This document shows positions 35,201 through 46,411 of a stretch of DNA of 64,000 bases, one piece after another. Source of the stretch: an uncultured Gemmataceae bacterium (GTDB lineage Bacteria > Planctomycetota > Planctomycetia > Gemmatales > Gemmataceae). Numbering within the stretch: the first letter of the stretch is position 1; the number at the start of each line of letters is the position of its first letter. The DNA is taken from contig CAVVPN010000011.1 in NCBI GenBank assembly GCA_963750165.1, positions 832,001-896,000 on the forward strand, read 5' to 3'. Below the pieces are notes generated by a model that saw only the letters and a program-made list of their open reading frames with translations, searched no databases and was not told where the DNA came from. The position numbers and the translations under genes are program-made.

Positions 35201-36361
35201 ATGCGTTACCACCTTCCCCAGTTCGCTGGCGCCGCGCTGGTGCTCGGCGGTTGTCTCGGCCTGGCCGGCTGTGCCCAGCATCCCGCGGCAGCGCCGGCCG
35301 CGGCACCGCCGACGGTCGCGGTCAGTTATCCCGTCGAGCGCGAAGTCACGGACTACGCGGACTTCACCGCCCGGACGGCCGCGGTCGATTCCGTCGAGGT
35401 GCGGGCCCGCGTCTCGGGCTACCTGGACAGGGTTCGCTTCAAGGAAGGGTCGCTGGTCAAGAAGGGCGACGTGCTTTTCGAGATCGACCCGCGCACCTAC
35501 CGGACGGCCTTGCAGTCCGCCGCGGGGAGCCTGGCCGCGGTGGAGGCCCGCCTCAAGCGGCTGGAGTCCGACGTGGAGCGGGCCATGAAGCTGCGGGGCA
35601 CGGGCATCAGCGCGGAGGAGTACGACCGGCGGGTCGGCGACCGGGCGGAGACGGCGGCGTCGCTCCAATCGCAGCGGGCGGCCGTGGAGCGGGCCAAGCT
35701 GGACCTGGGCTTCACCAAGGTCACCGCGCCCGTCAACGGCCGCGTCAGCCGCTACTACGTCACCGTGGGCAACCTGGTGCAGGCGGGCGACCTGACCGGA
35801 GGCACCCTGCTCACCACGATCGTGTCGGTGGACCCGATGTACGCCTACTTCGACGTGGACGAGCGCACGGTCCTGCGCGTCAAGCAGTTGATCCGCGCGG
35901 GCCAGCTCAAGACGCCCGACGAGGCCCACATCCCCGTGTGGCTCGGCCTGGCCAACGAGGACGGGTTCCCCCACCGGGGGGCCATCGATTTCGCCGACAA
36001 CCAGATCAACTCCAAAACCGGCACCCTGCGCGTGCGGGGCGTCTTCCCCAACCAGGACGAGGCGCTCGCGCCCGGCTATTTCGCCCGCGTCCGGGTGCCG
36101 GTCAGCCCGCCCCACAAGGCCCTGCTCGTCACCGACCGCGCGCTGGACACGGACCAGGGCCAGAAGGTCGTCTACGTCGTGGGCAAGGACAACAAGGTGG
36201 TGTCCCGCCCCGTCCGCCTCGGGGCGCTCCACGACGGCCTGCGCGAGGTCACCGACGGCCTGCGGCCCGGCGAGCGGGTGATCGTCAACGGCCTGCAGCA
36301 GGTCCGGCCGGGCCTGACGGTGGAACCGAACGTCGTGGACATGCCAACCAAGAAAGGATGA
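35201..36361 (+). CDS. RND efflux periplasmic adaptor (MFP), lipoprotein
   Basis: LAGC lipobox; VEVRARVSGYL, VKKGDVLFEIDP, TGTLRVRGVFPN, GLRPGERVIVNGLQ. Confidence 0.93.
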   Translation: MRYHLPQFAGAALVLGGCLGLAGCAQHPAAAPAAAPPTVAVSYPVEREVTDYADFTARTAAVDSVEVRARVSGYLDRVRFKEGSLVKKGDVLFEIDPRTYRTALQSAAGSLAAVEARLKRLESDVERAMKLRGTGISAEEYDRRVGDRAETAASLQSQRAAVERAKLDLGFTKVTAPVNGRVSRYYVTVGNLVQAGDLTGGTLLTTIVSVDPMYAYFDVDERTVLRVKQLIRAGQLKTPDEAHIPVWLGLANEDGFPHRGAIDFADNQINSKTGTLRVRGVFPNQDEALAPGYFARVRVPVSPPHKALLVTDRALDTDQGQKVVYVVGKDNKVVSRPVRLGALHDGLREVTDGLRPGERVIVNGLQQVRPGLTVEPNVVDMPTKKG

Positions 36362-36429
36362 GGGATGAGGGGTGAGGGATGAATCAATCCGGTCTGGTCC
36401 ATCCTTCCTCCTTCCTCCATCCTCCTTCC
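36356..36429. repeat. Heptamer-like low-complexity repeat (GGATGAG / CATCCTT)
   Basis: GGATGAGGGATGAGGGGTGAGGGATGAA...CATCCTTCCTCCTTCCTCCATCCTCCTTCC. Similar tracts occur near 9268 and 27940. Confidence 0.55.
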
Positions 36430-36445
36430 AAAAAGGAGCACAGTC

Positions 36446-39400
36446 ATGCTGGCCCGTTTCTTCATCAACCACCCGATCCTGGCGTGTGTGGTCTCCATCG
36501 TGATCGTCCTGCTCGGGGCCATCGCGGCGGCCCTCTTGCCCGTCGCCGAGTACCCGGAGGTCACGCCGCCGATGGTCCGGGTGACCGCGGCCTACCCCGG
36601 GGCGAATGCCCAGGTGGTGGCCGACACCGTGGCCGCGCCCATCGAGCAGCAGGTCAACGGCGTCGAGAAGATGATGTACATGACCTCGCAGAGCAACAAC
36701 GACGGCTCCTACACCCTGGACGTGACGTTCGAGATCGGCACCGACGTCAACATGGCCCAGGTGCTCGTGCAGAACCGCGTCGCCATCGCCGAGCCTTCCC
36801 TGCCCGACGTGGTCAAGAGCATCGGCGTGACCACCAAGAAGCGGGCGCCGGACATCCTGCTGGCCATCAGCCTGTACGCCGAGGACAACCCCGCGACCGG
36901 CAAGCCGTATTACGACGCGCTCTACCTGAGCAACTTCGCCACCATCCAGCTCAAGGACGCCGTCTCCCGCCTGGAGGGCGTCGGCGACGTGTTCGTCATG
37001 GGCCAGCAGGACTACAGCATGCGCGTCTGGCTGGACCCGGACAAGCTGCAGTCGCGGAACCTCACGGTCACCGAAGTGATCAAGGTCCTGCGCGAGCAAA
37101 ACGTGCAGGTGGCGGCCGGCCAGATCGGCCAGCCGCCCGTCCCCCGGGGCCAGGACTTCCAGTACACGCTGAGCACTCAGGGCCGCCTGGTCGAGGCCGA
37201 GCAGTTCGCCAACATCATCCTCCAGACCGACAAGAACGGGGAGATCACCTACCTCAAGGACGTCAGCCGGACCGAACTGGGGGCTCGCAGCAAGGACCTG
37301 ATGGCGCGGCTGGACCGCAAACCGTCGTCGGGCCTGGCCGTCTACCTGCTGCCCGGCGCCAACGCCCTGGACACCGCCGACCGCATCAAGGCCCGGATGC
37401 GCGAGCTGGAAACCCGCTTCCCCGCCGGCCTCAAGTACGCCATCGTCTACGACACCACCCCGTTCGTCCGCGAATCCGTCAACGAGGTCTTCAAGACCCT
37501 GCGCGACGCCCTGCTCCTGGTGACCGTCGTCGTCCTGCTGTTCCTGCAAGACTGGAAATCCCTGCTCCTGCCCATGATCGGCGTGGTCGTGTCGCTGGTC
37601 GGCACCTTCGCCGTCATGAGCGTCATGGGCTTCACGCTGAACAACCTGACGCTGTTCGGCCTCGTGCTGGCCATCGGCATCGTCGTCGATGACGCCATCG
37701 TGGTGCTGGAGAACATCGAGCGCCACCTGGAGAAGGGGCTGCCCGCGCGCGAGGCGACCATCAAGGCCATGGACGAGATCACCGGGCCGATCGTCGCCAT
37801 CACCCTGGTGCTCAGCTCGGTGCTGCTGCCCAGTGCGTTCCTGGGCGGCCTGGTCGGCCAGTTCTTTCGCCAGTTCGCCATCACCATCTCGGTGTCGATG
37901 CTGATCTCGGCCGTCAACGCCATGACCATGACGCCGGCGCTGGCCGTGCTGTTCTTCGCCGGCCGCAAGCCAGGCGCGCACGGCGAGCAGGGCAAGGAGG
38001 CGGTGCCGTGGTGGAGCTTCGGCCTGTTCGGCGGGCTGGCGTCGCTGTGGCTGCTGACGCCGATCCTGGGGCCGTGGCTGGGCCTGCCCGGGGGCGAGGG
38101 GCACGACGAGGCGGCGCCCGGCGGCCTGCTCGCGAGCTTGCAGTCGTGGGGGGTCTCGGCCCTGTTCTTCCTGCCCGGCGCGGTCGCCGGCGGGGCGCTG
38201 GGCCGGCTGCTGGTGCGCCCCGTGAACTGGGTGCTGGGCTTCTTCTTCCGCGGCTTCAACCGGGTCTTCGACTGGACGACCCAGGTCTACGGTCGGTTCG
38301 TGGGCTGGTGCCTCCGCCTGTGCGTCATCGTGCTGGTGGTCTACGTCGGCCTGATCGGCCTGACGGGCTTCGGCTTCAGCCGCATCCCCACGGGCTTCAT
38401 CCCCATGCAGGACAAGGGCTATCTGGTGACGAACATCCAGCTGCCCGATTCGGCCTCGCTGGAGCGCACGCTCGAGGTGACCGACGCGGTCGAAAAGATC
38501 GCCCTGGAGACGCCCGGGGTCGCCCACACGCTCTGCCTGCCGGGGATGTCGTACGTCCTGAACGCCAACAGCTCCAACTACAGCAACGTGTTCATCATCT
38601 TCAAGCCGTTCCACGACCGGCGCGACTCCGAGCTGGGCGGGGATGCCATCGCGGCGAAGATCCGCGCCCGCCTGGCGCGCGAGGTCCCCGAGGCGCGCGT
38701 GCTGGTCTTCGGGGCGCCGCCGATCTCGGGCCTTGGGACCTCCGCCGGCTTCAAGCTGATGGTGGAGGCCACCGGCGACGTGAACTACGACGCGCTGCAG
38801 GCGGCGGCCGACGACCTGGCCGCCCGGGGCAACCAGCAGCCGGGCCTGGTCGGTCTGTTCGACGGCTTCCGCGCCCGCACGCCCCAGCTGTACGTGGACA
38901 TCGACCGCGAAAAGGTCAAGTCGATGGGCGTGCAACTGACCGACGTCTTCGACACGCTGCAGGGGTGCGTGGGCAGCTACTACGTCAACGACTTCAACCG
39001 CTTCGGCCGCACCTGGCAGGTCAACGTCCAGGCCGACGCCCGCTTCCGCACCGACGCGGAAACCGTCAAGCAGTTCAAGGTGCGCAACAGCGACGGCGAC
39101 ATGGTGCCGCTGGGGGCGGTGGCCGAGGTGCGCGACACCGCCGGGCCGGTGCAGATCACGCGCTACAACATGTTCCCGACGGCCTCGGTCAACGGCGCTC
39201 CCGCTGCCCGGGACCAGCACCGGCGACGCCCTGGCGGCCATGGAGCAGCTGAGCCAGGGCCTGCCGCGCGGCATGGCCACCGAGTGGACCGAGGTGAGCT
39301 ACCTGCAGAAGCAGGCGAGCAAGGTCGAGCAGTTCCGCGACCTGCGGAACAACCCCTTCAGCGCCTTCACGGTGGGGGTGATCCTCGTCTTCTTCGTGCT

Positions 39401-39894
39401 GGCGGCGCCTGTACGAGAGCTGGTCGCAGCCGTGGGCGGTGATCCTGGTGGTGCCGATGTGCCTGCTGAGCGCGCTGGCGGGCCTGGCTCTGGCCGGGAT
39501 GGACGTGAACATCTTCGTGCAGGTCGGCTTCGTGGTGCTGGTCGGCCTGGCCGCCAAGAACGCCATCCTCATCGTCCAGTTCGCCCGCGACCGCCAGCAC
39601 GAGGGCGCCTCGCGGTTCGACGCGGCCGTGGACGCCGCCCGGGAGCGGCTGCGGCCGATCCTGATGACGTCGTTCGCGTTCATCCTCGGCGTGTTCCCGC
39701 TGGTGATCGCCGAGGGGGCCGGCCACGAGATGCGGCGGACGCTGGGGACGGCGGTGTTCAGCGGGATGATCGGCGTGACGCTGTTCGGCCTCTTCCTGAC
39801 GCCGGTGTTCTATTTCATCGTCCGGTGGTTCGTGGAACGCAAGGCGGCGGCGCCGGCGACCGTCCCGGCGCCGCCGGTGCAGCGGCCGGCCTGA
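36446..39894 (+). CDS. RND efflux permease (HAE1/AcrB family); frameshifts near 39200 and 39408
   Basis: FFINHPILACV, LPVAEYPEVTPP, GIVVDDAIVVLEN. The C-terminal GLAAKNAILIV...RLRPILMTS lies in ORF 39439-39894. Confidence 0.9.
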
Positions 39895-40111
39895 ATCCCT
39901 GCCGGGCCGGCAAGACGCCGGCCCAGTCGGGTTCACCTGGTTGTCGTGTCGCCCCACCAGTTCGACTGCCGGAGGCAGCGTGTGCCGGATCGGCCTGATG
40001 GGTTCACCGGCAGAGGTGTAGAAGATTGAGACATGGATTCAAACCTGATCACCGCAACAGCCGCGGGGGCTTGGTTCCCTGCTGGGCGCGGCAGCCACGA
40101 TCGTTGCCACC

Positions 40112-40250
40112 TGGAATGCCCAGCGGTCGCTGTTTGCCGTCCGGCTTGGGAATCCACACCCGTCGGACGGCTTCCGGTCGATACGTCTTGGTCCTGAGTT
40201 CGTCCGTCAGTTCGCCCAACCAGCGGACGATGCTGACGCCGACAGATTTG
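40112..40250 (-). pseudogene. Group II intron reverse transcriptase fragment (RT0/RT1 region)
   Basis: [37 protein letters not shown]. Similarity stops abruptly after GIP. Confidence 0.8.
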
Positions 40251-40303
40251 ATACGCGAAATCAGGGCTTGAACTGAACGTGGTGGGTGCGTTCCGTGCAT
40301 CCA

Positions 40304-40957
40304 CTATATTACCTGCCACGTCCAGTGCCGGTCACTGCTCTGCCGCACCGTCTCCGCCGCGAAGCCCAGCGGTCTCACCAGCGCCCGCACCTCCTCCAGC
40401 GTCAGCGCCGCCCGCAGCGAATCATCAAACATTTTCTGCTGATGCGTATTGGCGTCGCCGGCGTAGGTCGCCACCAGCTGGCGCACCGCCGCGTCGCTGT
40501 CGGGCCGCAGCAGGTCGCGCACGAAGATCGCGCCGTCGGGCCGCCGCACGCGCACCAGCTCGCGCAGCACCAGGAACGGCTCGGGAATGTGATGGACGAT
40601 GCTGTTGGAGATGACCGCGCCGAAGCTGGCGTCGGCGAACGGCAGCTGCTTGGCGTCGCAGCGCTCCAGGCGGATGCGGGCGTCGAGGCCGGCGCGGCGG
40701 ACGTTGGCGCGGCCCACGGCCAGCATGTGCTCGGCCAGGTCGATGGCCACGACCTGCGCTTCGGCAGCTTGGCGGCACAGCTCGATGGGGATTTGTGCGG
40801 TGCCGGCGCCCACGTCGAGGATGGGGTTGGCGGGGCGCGCAGCAGCGAGGAAGTCCGAGACGAAGACGCGATTGACCGTGGCGTGGTCCATGGCGTCGTA
40901 GTCGCGGGCTTCCTCGGCCGAGTCCATCACTTCAGGTTCGAGCACGCGCGGCAGCAT
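40304..40957 (-). CDS. Class I SAM-dependent methyltransferase
   Basis: RVLEPEVMD...ILDVGAGTA...DAKQLPFADASF...SNSIVHHIP. Confidence 0.9.
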   Translation of the reverse strand: MLPRVLEPEVMDSAEEARDYDAMDHATVNRVFVSDFLAAARPANPILDVGAGTAQIPIELCRQAAEAQVVAIDLAEHMLAVGRANVRRAGLDARIRLERCDAKQLPFADASFGAVISNSIVHHIPEPFLVLRELVRVRRPDGAIFVRDLLRPDSDAAVRQLVATYAGDANTHQQKMFDDSLRAALTLEEVRALVRPLGFAAETVRQSSDRHWTWQVI

Positions 40958-40960
40958 GGC

Positions 40961-41359
40961 TCAGACGGTCACCATGCGCGGCTTGCGCTCCTTGCGCGGC
41001 GCCTGGGCGACGAGCTGCTGATGGTGCTCCTTGAGGACCGCCAGCAGTTCGGCGCGCACCTCCCAATTGAAGGCGCCACAGCGGTCCCATTCGCGGATGA
41101 CGTGCGATGTGGCCGGGTTGAGGCCGGCGACGCGGTGCAACCAGTTGATGCCCGCGTCCAGCGTCAGATGGCAGGTCTGCGGATGGTTCCAGGCGACGTG
41201 CGTCGCCAGGCAGCCCATCGGCACCGCCCGCGTGAAACTGCCGTGGATCAACAGCGGACTACCCTTTTCCAGAAGGTCGATAAGGCGGTGCAAGGCCGCG
41301 GCTGTCATGTTCGGCAACCAGGCGGAACGCAGTTCGTGAAGGCATTCCTTGGACAACAT
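40961..41359 (-). CDS. Hypothetical protein
   Basis: AGGAG RBS before MLSKECLHEL; ends 4 bp upstream of the methyltransferase; host-like codon usage. Confidence 0.75.
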   Translation of the reverse strand: MLSKECLHELRSAWLPNMTAAALHRLIDLLEKGSPLLIHGSFTRAVPMGCLATHVAWNHPQTCHLTLDAGINWLHRVAGLNPATSHVIREWDRCGAFNWEVRAELLAVLKEHHQQLVAQAPRKERKPRMVTV

Positions 41360-41607
41360 GATCGAACTCCTTTGTGACAAGGCAAACCGTTGGTGAACCG
41401 GGTCATCGGGACGGCGTCCGGGCGTCGGCGCCGGACTTATTCTAGCCGTGTCCGGCCTCGGGAGAACCACCGTGCCGTCAGGTCGAGGCGATTTTCCCCG
41501 GAACGGCTGGGCCGTTTGCCGATGAGCCAGGCTGGGAAGCGCAGGCAGAGTGGAAAAGGGAAAATCGCCTCGCAGGCCCCGGCGTCAGTTGGGGAATGCC
41601 AGGGGGT

Positions 41608-41680
41608 CAAAAAACCCCGCCGTTCGCGGGTGCGAAGCGGCGGGGCCGGAACAGAGAAGAGGCCGAATCCTTCTAACACC
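41608..41680 (-). ncRNA. Candidate ~70-nt small RNA or leader RNA
   Basis: TTGACA(41713-41708)-N17-TACTCT(41690-41685) promoter, a CU-rich body, then a CCCCGCCGCTTCGC/GCGAACGGCGGGG hairpin with a T-run. No ORF inside. Confidence 0.5.
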
Positions 41681-41730
41681 CACGAGAGTATCGAGCCCTT
41701 TCAACCTTGTCAAGCGTTTTTTTCCTATTT

Positions 41731-43269
41731 TGTCATGGAACAATAGAAATGTCCGCATTTTGGGAACAATAAAAATGTCCGCTGTCACAGGGTTGTCACT
41801 TTTGCTTTTTGAACGGCTGCCGCCAGGGGTGATCTTCGGCTGGACCGCGGCGCCGCTTCGGGGTATCTTCCCCCGCGCCGTCGGGAGGATAGGGCTCCGC
41901 AGGAGTGCGACCCGAGCGCCCGCCGGTCGGCTGCATGCCAGTCGGCTCGGCCCCCTCACCCGGGGCCGGGCTTTCTTCTTCCCCATTGGCATCGGCCGCC
42001 AAGGCGTTAAACTCCGGGGGTCTGGGGGCTCTGCCCCCAGGGCGGCACCCCGCTGGGACCTCCCGGTACTTCAGATAGCGGCCGCCGAAGCGGATCGCCA
42101 GCTCCCCATCCAGCCGCAGTTCGATCACCACTTTGCCGCCGCGCTGCCCCGGGTAGATCGGCTTGAGCAACTGATAGCAGCGGTTGCGGAAGCGGATCGT
42201 GTAGTCGTTGGCGACCACGCGCTCCTCCTGGAGCGACAGGATCGCCGCCAGGTCGTGCGCCGGCCCCAGCGGCCGGTGCGCGTCGCCGACGTGCCGCGCC
42301 GCCTGGGTGAAGCGGCGGTTGTGCGCGGGCAACAGCCGCTCCAGCACCGCATTGGCCTGCGCAGGTGGTCACCCCCGCCAGGCGCAGTTCCTTGACCCAC
42401 CGATCCTGGGCGGTGCCGAACGAGCGCTCGAGCCGCCCCTTGGCCTGCGGGCTGTGGGCGCGGATCAGGCCGATGCCCAGCTCGCGCAGCGCCCGGCCGA
42501 ACTGGGTCTCGGCGTCCGGCAAGGCCTTGCCCTTGTCCTGGGGCGCGAAGATGCTGTGCCGGTCGGTGTACAACTCCAACGGCCGGCCGAACCGGCGCAG
42601 CCAGCGGCCCAGCAGGTCCAGGTGCGTCTCGGTCGTGGCCGCCGGGTAGAAGCGCGCCAGCACGCGGCTGGTGGCGTCGTCGATCAAGCTGATCAAGACC
42701 ACCTCCTCGCCGCGCCCCTCGAGCCAGTCGTGGATCGAGGCGTCCATCTGGACCAGCTCGCCGAAGCAGGCGCGCCGAGGCCGGCGGCTGCGGTGTTGCT
42801 CGCGGCGGCGCTGGCGCTGCCACAGGCCGGCGGCCAGCAGCCAGCGGCGCAGCGTCTGCGGGCAGACCACCAGCCCCTCCTGGGCCAGCTTCTCGCTGGC
42901 GAAGGGGGGGCCGAAGTCGGCGTAGCGCTGGCGGTAGGCCCGCAGGACGGCGTGCCGGAGGGCGGCGTCGGCCTGGTGGTTGGAAGGCTGGCCGCGCAGC
43001 CCGTGGACCAGGGCGTCGTCGCCGTGCGCTTCGAGTTGCGCTGCAGGCGGCGGACCTGGCGGGTGCTGAGGTCGAGCACCCGAGCGGCCTCGGCCTGGGT
43101 GCGCTCGCCGCGCAGGACGCCGTGCATGACCTTGAGGACATCGCGTTCCTTCTGGCTCATGGCGATCCGGTCTGTGGGAAGCACGTCGATAGGCATGGCT
43201 CCTCCTTGGCCTGGGCAAGGAGGACATTTCTATCGCGTTAAGACCGGACATTTCTATTGTCGTTCAACA
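41731..43269 (-). mobile_element. IS1202-like (ISNCY) insertion sequence; transposase about 41796-43196 with two frameshifts
   Basis: TGT...ACA ends with repeated ACAATA(G/A)AAATGTCC boxes at both ends. HTH plus integrase-core motifs GELVQMDASIHDW, LIDDATSR, LYTDRHSIF, HSPQAKGRLER. Confidence 0.85.
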
Positions 43270-43317
43270 GGTGAGTTGTACTGTCGCACGCTGTTCCGCG
43301 GAATTACGGTATATTTT

Positions 43318-43483
43318 GAACTGCACTTTCCAAGAAAACCTAACAAGCGGCGGCAACCTGTTTGTGGTCAGTCACTTACAACCCATCAACGACTGTTGAT
43401 GCCTGGCCTCCCGTTTTTCAGAATCCCAGTGTTTTTCAGGGTTTTCGCCTTCCGTGTTAGCTTTTCTCGGAAAGTGCAGTTTT
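43318..43483. mobile_element. MITE-like element with ~28-bp terminal inverted repeats
   Basis: GAACTGCACTTTCCAAGAAAACCTAACA vs reverse complement AAACTGCACTTTCCGAGAAAAGCTAACA (25/28); no coding capacity. Confidence 0.6.
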
Positions 43484-43549
43484 GAAGTATCCGGTACAGA
43501 ATCCGGTACGCCGGTACGGCACCCGATCGGTCTGTATTGAGACACTTAG

Positions 43550-45287
43550 CCCGGATTACGCACCGTGCGACATTACCGGCGCATAATATCTCTTGAATGA
43601 CAGGCCGTTCGTTTGTGTGGGTTGGCGCAGCTGTTGTCCTGGGCTTTTGCAGCTGCGCAACCCCTTTTTCCCGCCCCCGGCGCGCACCGCGCCCGCCGAC
43701 GGCCGCGCGGGCCGTCTACCAGGCCACCAACCCTCAGTTGGCCACCCCTTCACCGACTGGCACCCGCCCAGCCACCTGACTCACATAGCGCCGCCACTGC
43801 CGCCTGCACCCGCAGCCACACCCCCCGGTACGGCCAGGTCTCCGACACGTGCAACCACACCCGCCGCGCGCTCGTCACCACGACGGCACCGGCCTTCCAC
43901 AAGCGCTGCCGCAACGTCCCCACGGACGCCGTCGCCACCTCGGGCACCGCTGCCGCCGCCTCCCGGAAGAGCACCACCACCGCGTAAGCCAGGGCATGCA
44001 CCAGCAAGCGGAAGGCGTTGGCGCAGAAGCCGCAGGCGCTCAGCCGGTCGCAGCGCAGGCCGTTCTTCATCTCCCCGATCGGCTGCTCCGGCACTTGGCC
44101 CCGCGGCGTGTACAGCCCGTGGTAGACCTCCGCCGGCGGTTCGGAGCGGTTCGTGACCACGAAGCGCCGCTGACTGCCGTGCGGGTTCATCTCCACCTTG
44201 GCGATCACCCGCCGCGCGTGCGGCCAACTGCCCGCCTGGTAGTCACGCACCTCCTCGAAACGCTGCACGTGCGGCTCGCGCGCGCCATAAAACTGGTAGT
44301 ACAACTCCACATCCGCCAGCGCTGCCGCCGTGGCCCGCTCCAGCACCGCATTGCTGGCGTAACCGCTGACGTAGTCCAGGTGCTCGGCTTCGCAGAACTC
44401 CTAGACGGCGGGCACTCCCAGGCCGTTGTCGGCGCGCACCAGGATGCGGACCTCGGGCCAGGCGGCGCGCAGGGCGGCGACGATCGCCCCGAGGATGTCC
44501 ACGGCCCCCAGGCTGGCGTGGATGGCGCCGGGCCGTAGCCAGACGGCCAGGGGGAAGCCGCTGTGCCCCTCGTAGACGTGCAAGGGCAGGAACTGATGCT
44601 GCCGGTAGTAGCCGTGGTAGCCGCTGAGGGCCTGCGCACCAGGGGTGGGATCGTCGCTGGCATCGGCGTCGCGGATCACCTCGGCCGGCGCCTGGCCGCG
44701 CGTGCGGATGAAGAGGTCCACCAGGTAGCGGTTGAGGATCTTCAGGCGCTGGGTCTGGGCGGCACGGACCTCCTGGAGGACGGGCCGTTCTTCGGGGGGC
44801 AGTTCGGCATCGCGGCGGCTGAAGGCGTAAGCGAAGCGCGCCAGCGTGCTACCCGAGGCGAGGGGTTGCTCGGCGTCGGGACTGACGTCGGCGCGGATCT
44901 GGAAGAGGGGGTCGGCGCGGAGGTCGTCGTGGTCGTTGTGGTCGGGGTAGCCGGCGAGCAGGGCGTAGACCTCCTGGGTGAGCAGCGCCTCGACGGAGTG
45001 GCGGATGAACTTGGGGGAACGCGGGTCGGGCAGTTGGGGTGCGAGGTCAGCGATGACGCGCAGGGGGCGTTCCAGGGCGCGGACGGCGAGCAGGCCGGCA
45101 TCGGCGACGAGGCGGCCGCCCTGGAAATCGATAAGGAGTTGTTGCGAGCCAAGGTTCCACAGGGTAAGGTGGTCGGTAACTTCGGGAGCCATGATCTTGA
45201 GCCTCCACAGATGGTTAAGTGCCGGTCATCACAACACTTAACTACTGTGGCAGGCTCTTTTCACAAATCCTCGGTGCGTAATCCGGG
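43550..45287 (-). mobile_element. IS1380-family insertion sequence; transposase 43750-45192 inactivated by an in-frame TAG at 44401
   Basis: Perfect TIRs CCCGGATTACGCACCG, flanked by TTAG/CTAG. FQGGRLVADAGLL, GYHGYY, LRPG, VRADNG, RG..EQPIGEMKNG motifs. Confidence 0.9.
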
Positions 45288-46411
45288 CTAGGAAGTGCGT
45301 ACCGGGGCTCGGTCGGTGAGGATGAAAAGGAATGCCGTTTGGGATTGCCAGGTAAACGCCGGTGACTGATTCCTTGTCTGCAGCTCAGCCGCACTGGAGG
45401 CGTCTCTCGGTCTGCCGCCAGGGTGTTTGACACCGCCCTGGTGGACTCTTCGCATTTGCCGGGTGGTCGCCCTCAACTTTCTCTGCGACCGAATGGGGCT
45501 GTTGTCAAAGTCGGGTTAACAAAAGCTCCATTGACGACCACAAGACGGACAACGCAGATTGCAAAACTTCACAAGATTGCTTGCCCCGTGACGGCGGATA
45601 ACCGACCATCCACCCCTTCCTTGTCGCGTGGGTGCTTTTTTCAGGGAAAATGGCGAGGTTGGCACGGTGCCGCCCACAACGAGGAAGTATCCAAGGCGGT
45701 TGGGTGGCTTCCCAGCGGCGAGTTGGAGACGTTGAACGGGTGCGACCTCGACAACTGTCGGATCCATTCGAGGTTTCGCGGCAGACTTCCCCAGGGTGCG
45801 GCGCCCGGAAGTCTGTTCCCTGGTCCTTCTTCTCGTCGCCTGTGCCGCCTGGCTGCCGTGCGACATTTGGCTCTTCCATGAGCGTCATAGGCTGCACCGG
45901 ACACGCAAAACGGGGTTTTGCCCACCCACCCCCTTTCCCACGTCCTGTTGCACGAACAGTGCGATTCTTCGCCACACCTGGCACTCCTTCCCGGTCCGCC
46001 TCGCCGATCGCAGGGTTTTCTTGGTCCGTTTCACTCTGGGCGTCAGCGGGCAGACAGGAGAGCCTGAGCGGCAACCTCGGGCGCAAGTCCCGACCGTGAG
46101 CAAAGGTTGCTGCCAGTCCCGGGTGACGCACGTCGTCGGCGCGGTGACTTCCTGGCGCTCGTCAGCCCGACGCTCTGGGCGTAGCCCCCGAAAACGCATC
46201 GCTGGGGCGGACGACGCGCGCAACGGCCATTGGCTTGCCTGCGCTTGTCGATGTGACCGGAGAGCCCAGCGTGACGAGGCATATGCGCGGCGGTGGTCGG
46301 GACCGAAGCACGATGCAGAATTGGGTTTAGCCGCCAATCCCGGCGAGCGCAGCGGTTATGGCCGCACCGACTCCCACAGAGCCCACTTCGGATAACGCCC
46401 TACAGCGCCTG

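Noticed and set aside
34601..39280. 1559-aa minus-strand ORF and other long antisense ORFs (e.g. 18321-21569, 54226-56778, 2090-4327)
   Set aside because: These are shadow frames opposite well-supported genes, expected in high-GC DNA, and have no recognisable motifs.
40049..40300. Retron, DGR or active group II intron
   Set aside because: Only a short RT fragment is present, with no catalytic domain, template repeat or intron ends.
41700..43310. dif/Xer-like target site beside the IS1202-like element
   Set aside because: Neither flank resembles the XerC/XerD consensus.
45290..46410. Protein-coding genes between the IS1380 element and the attC-like site
   Set aside because: Several short overlapping ORFs have no motifs or convincing RBS; probably decayed DNA.
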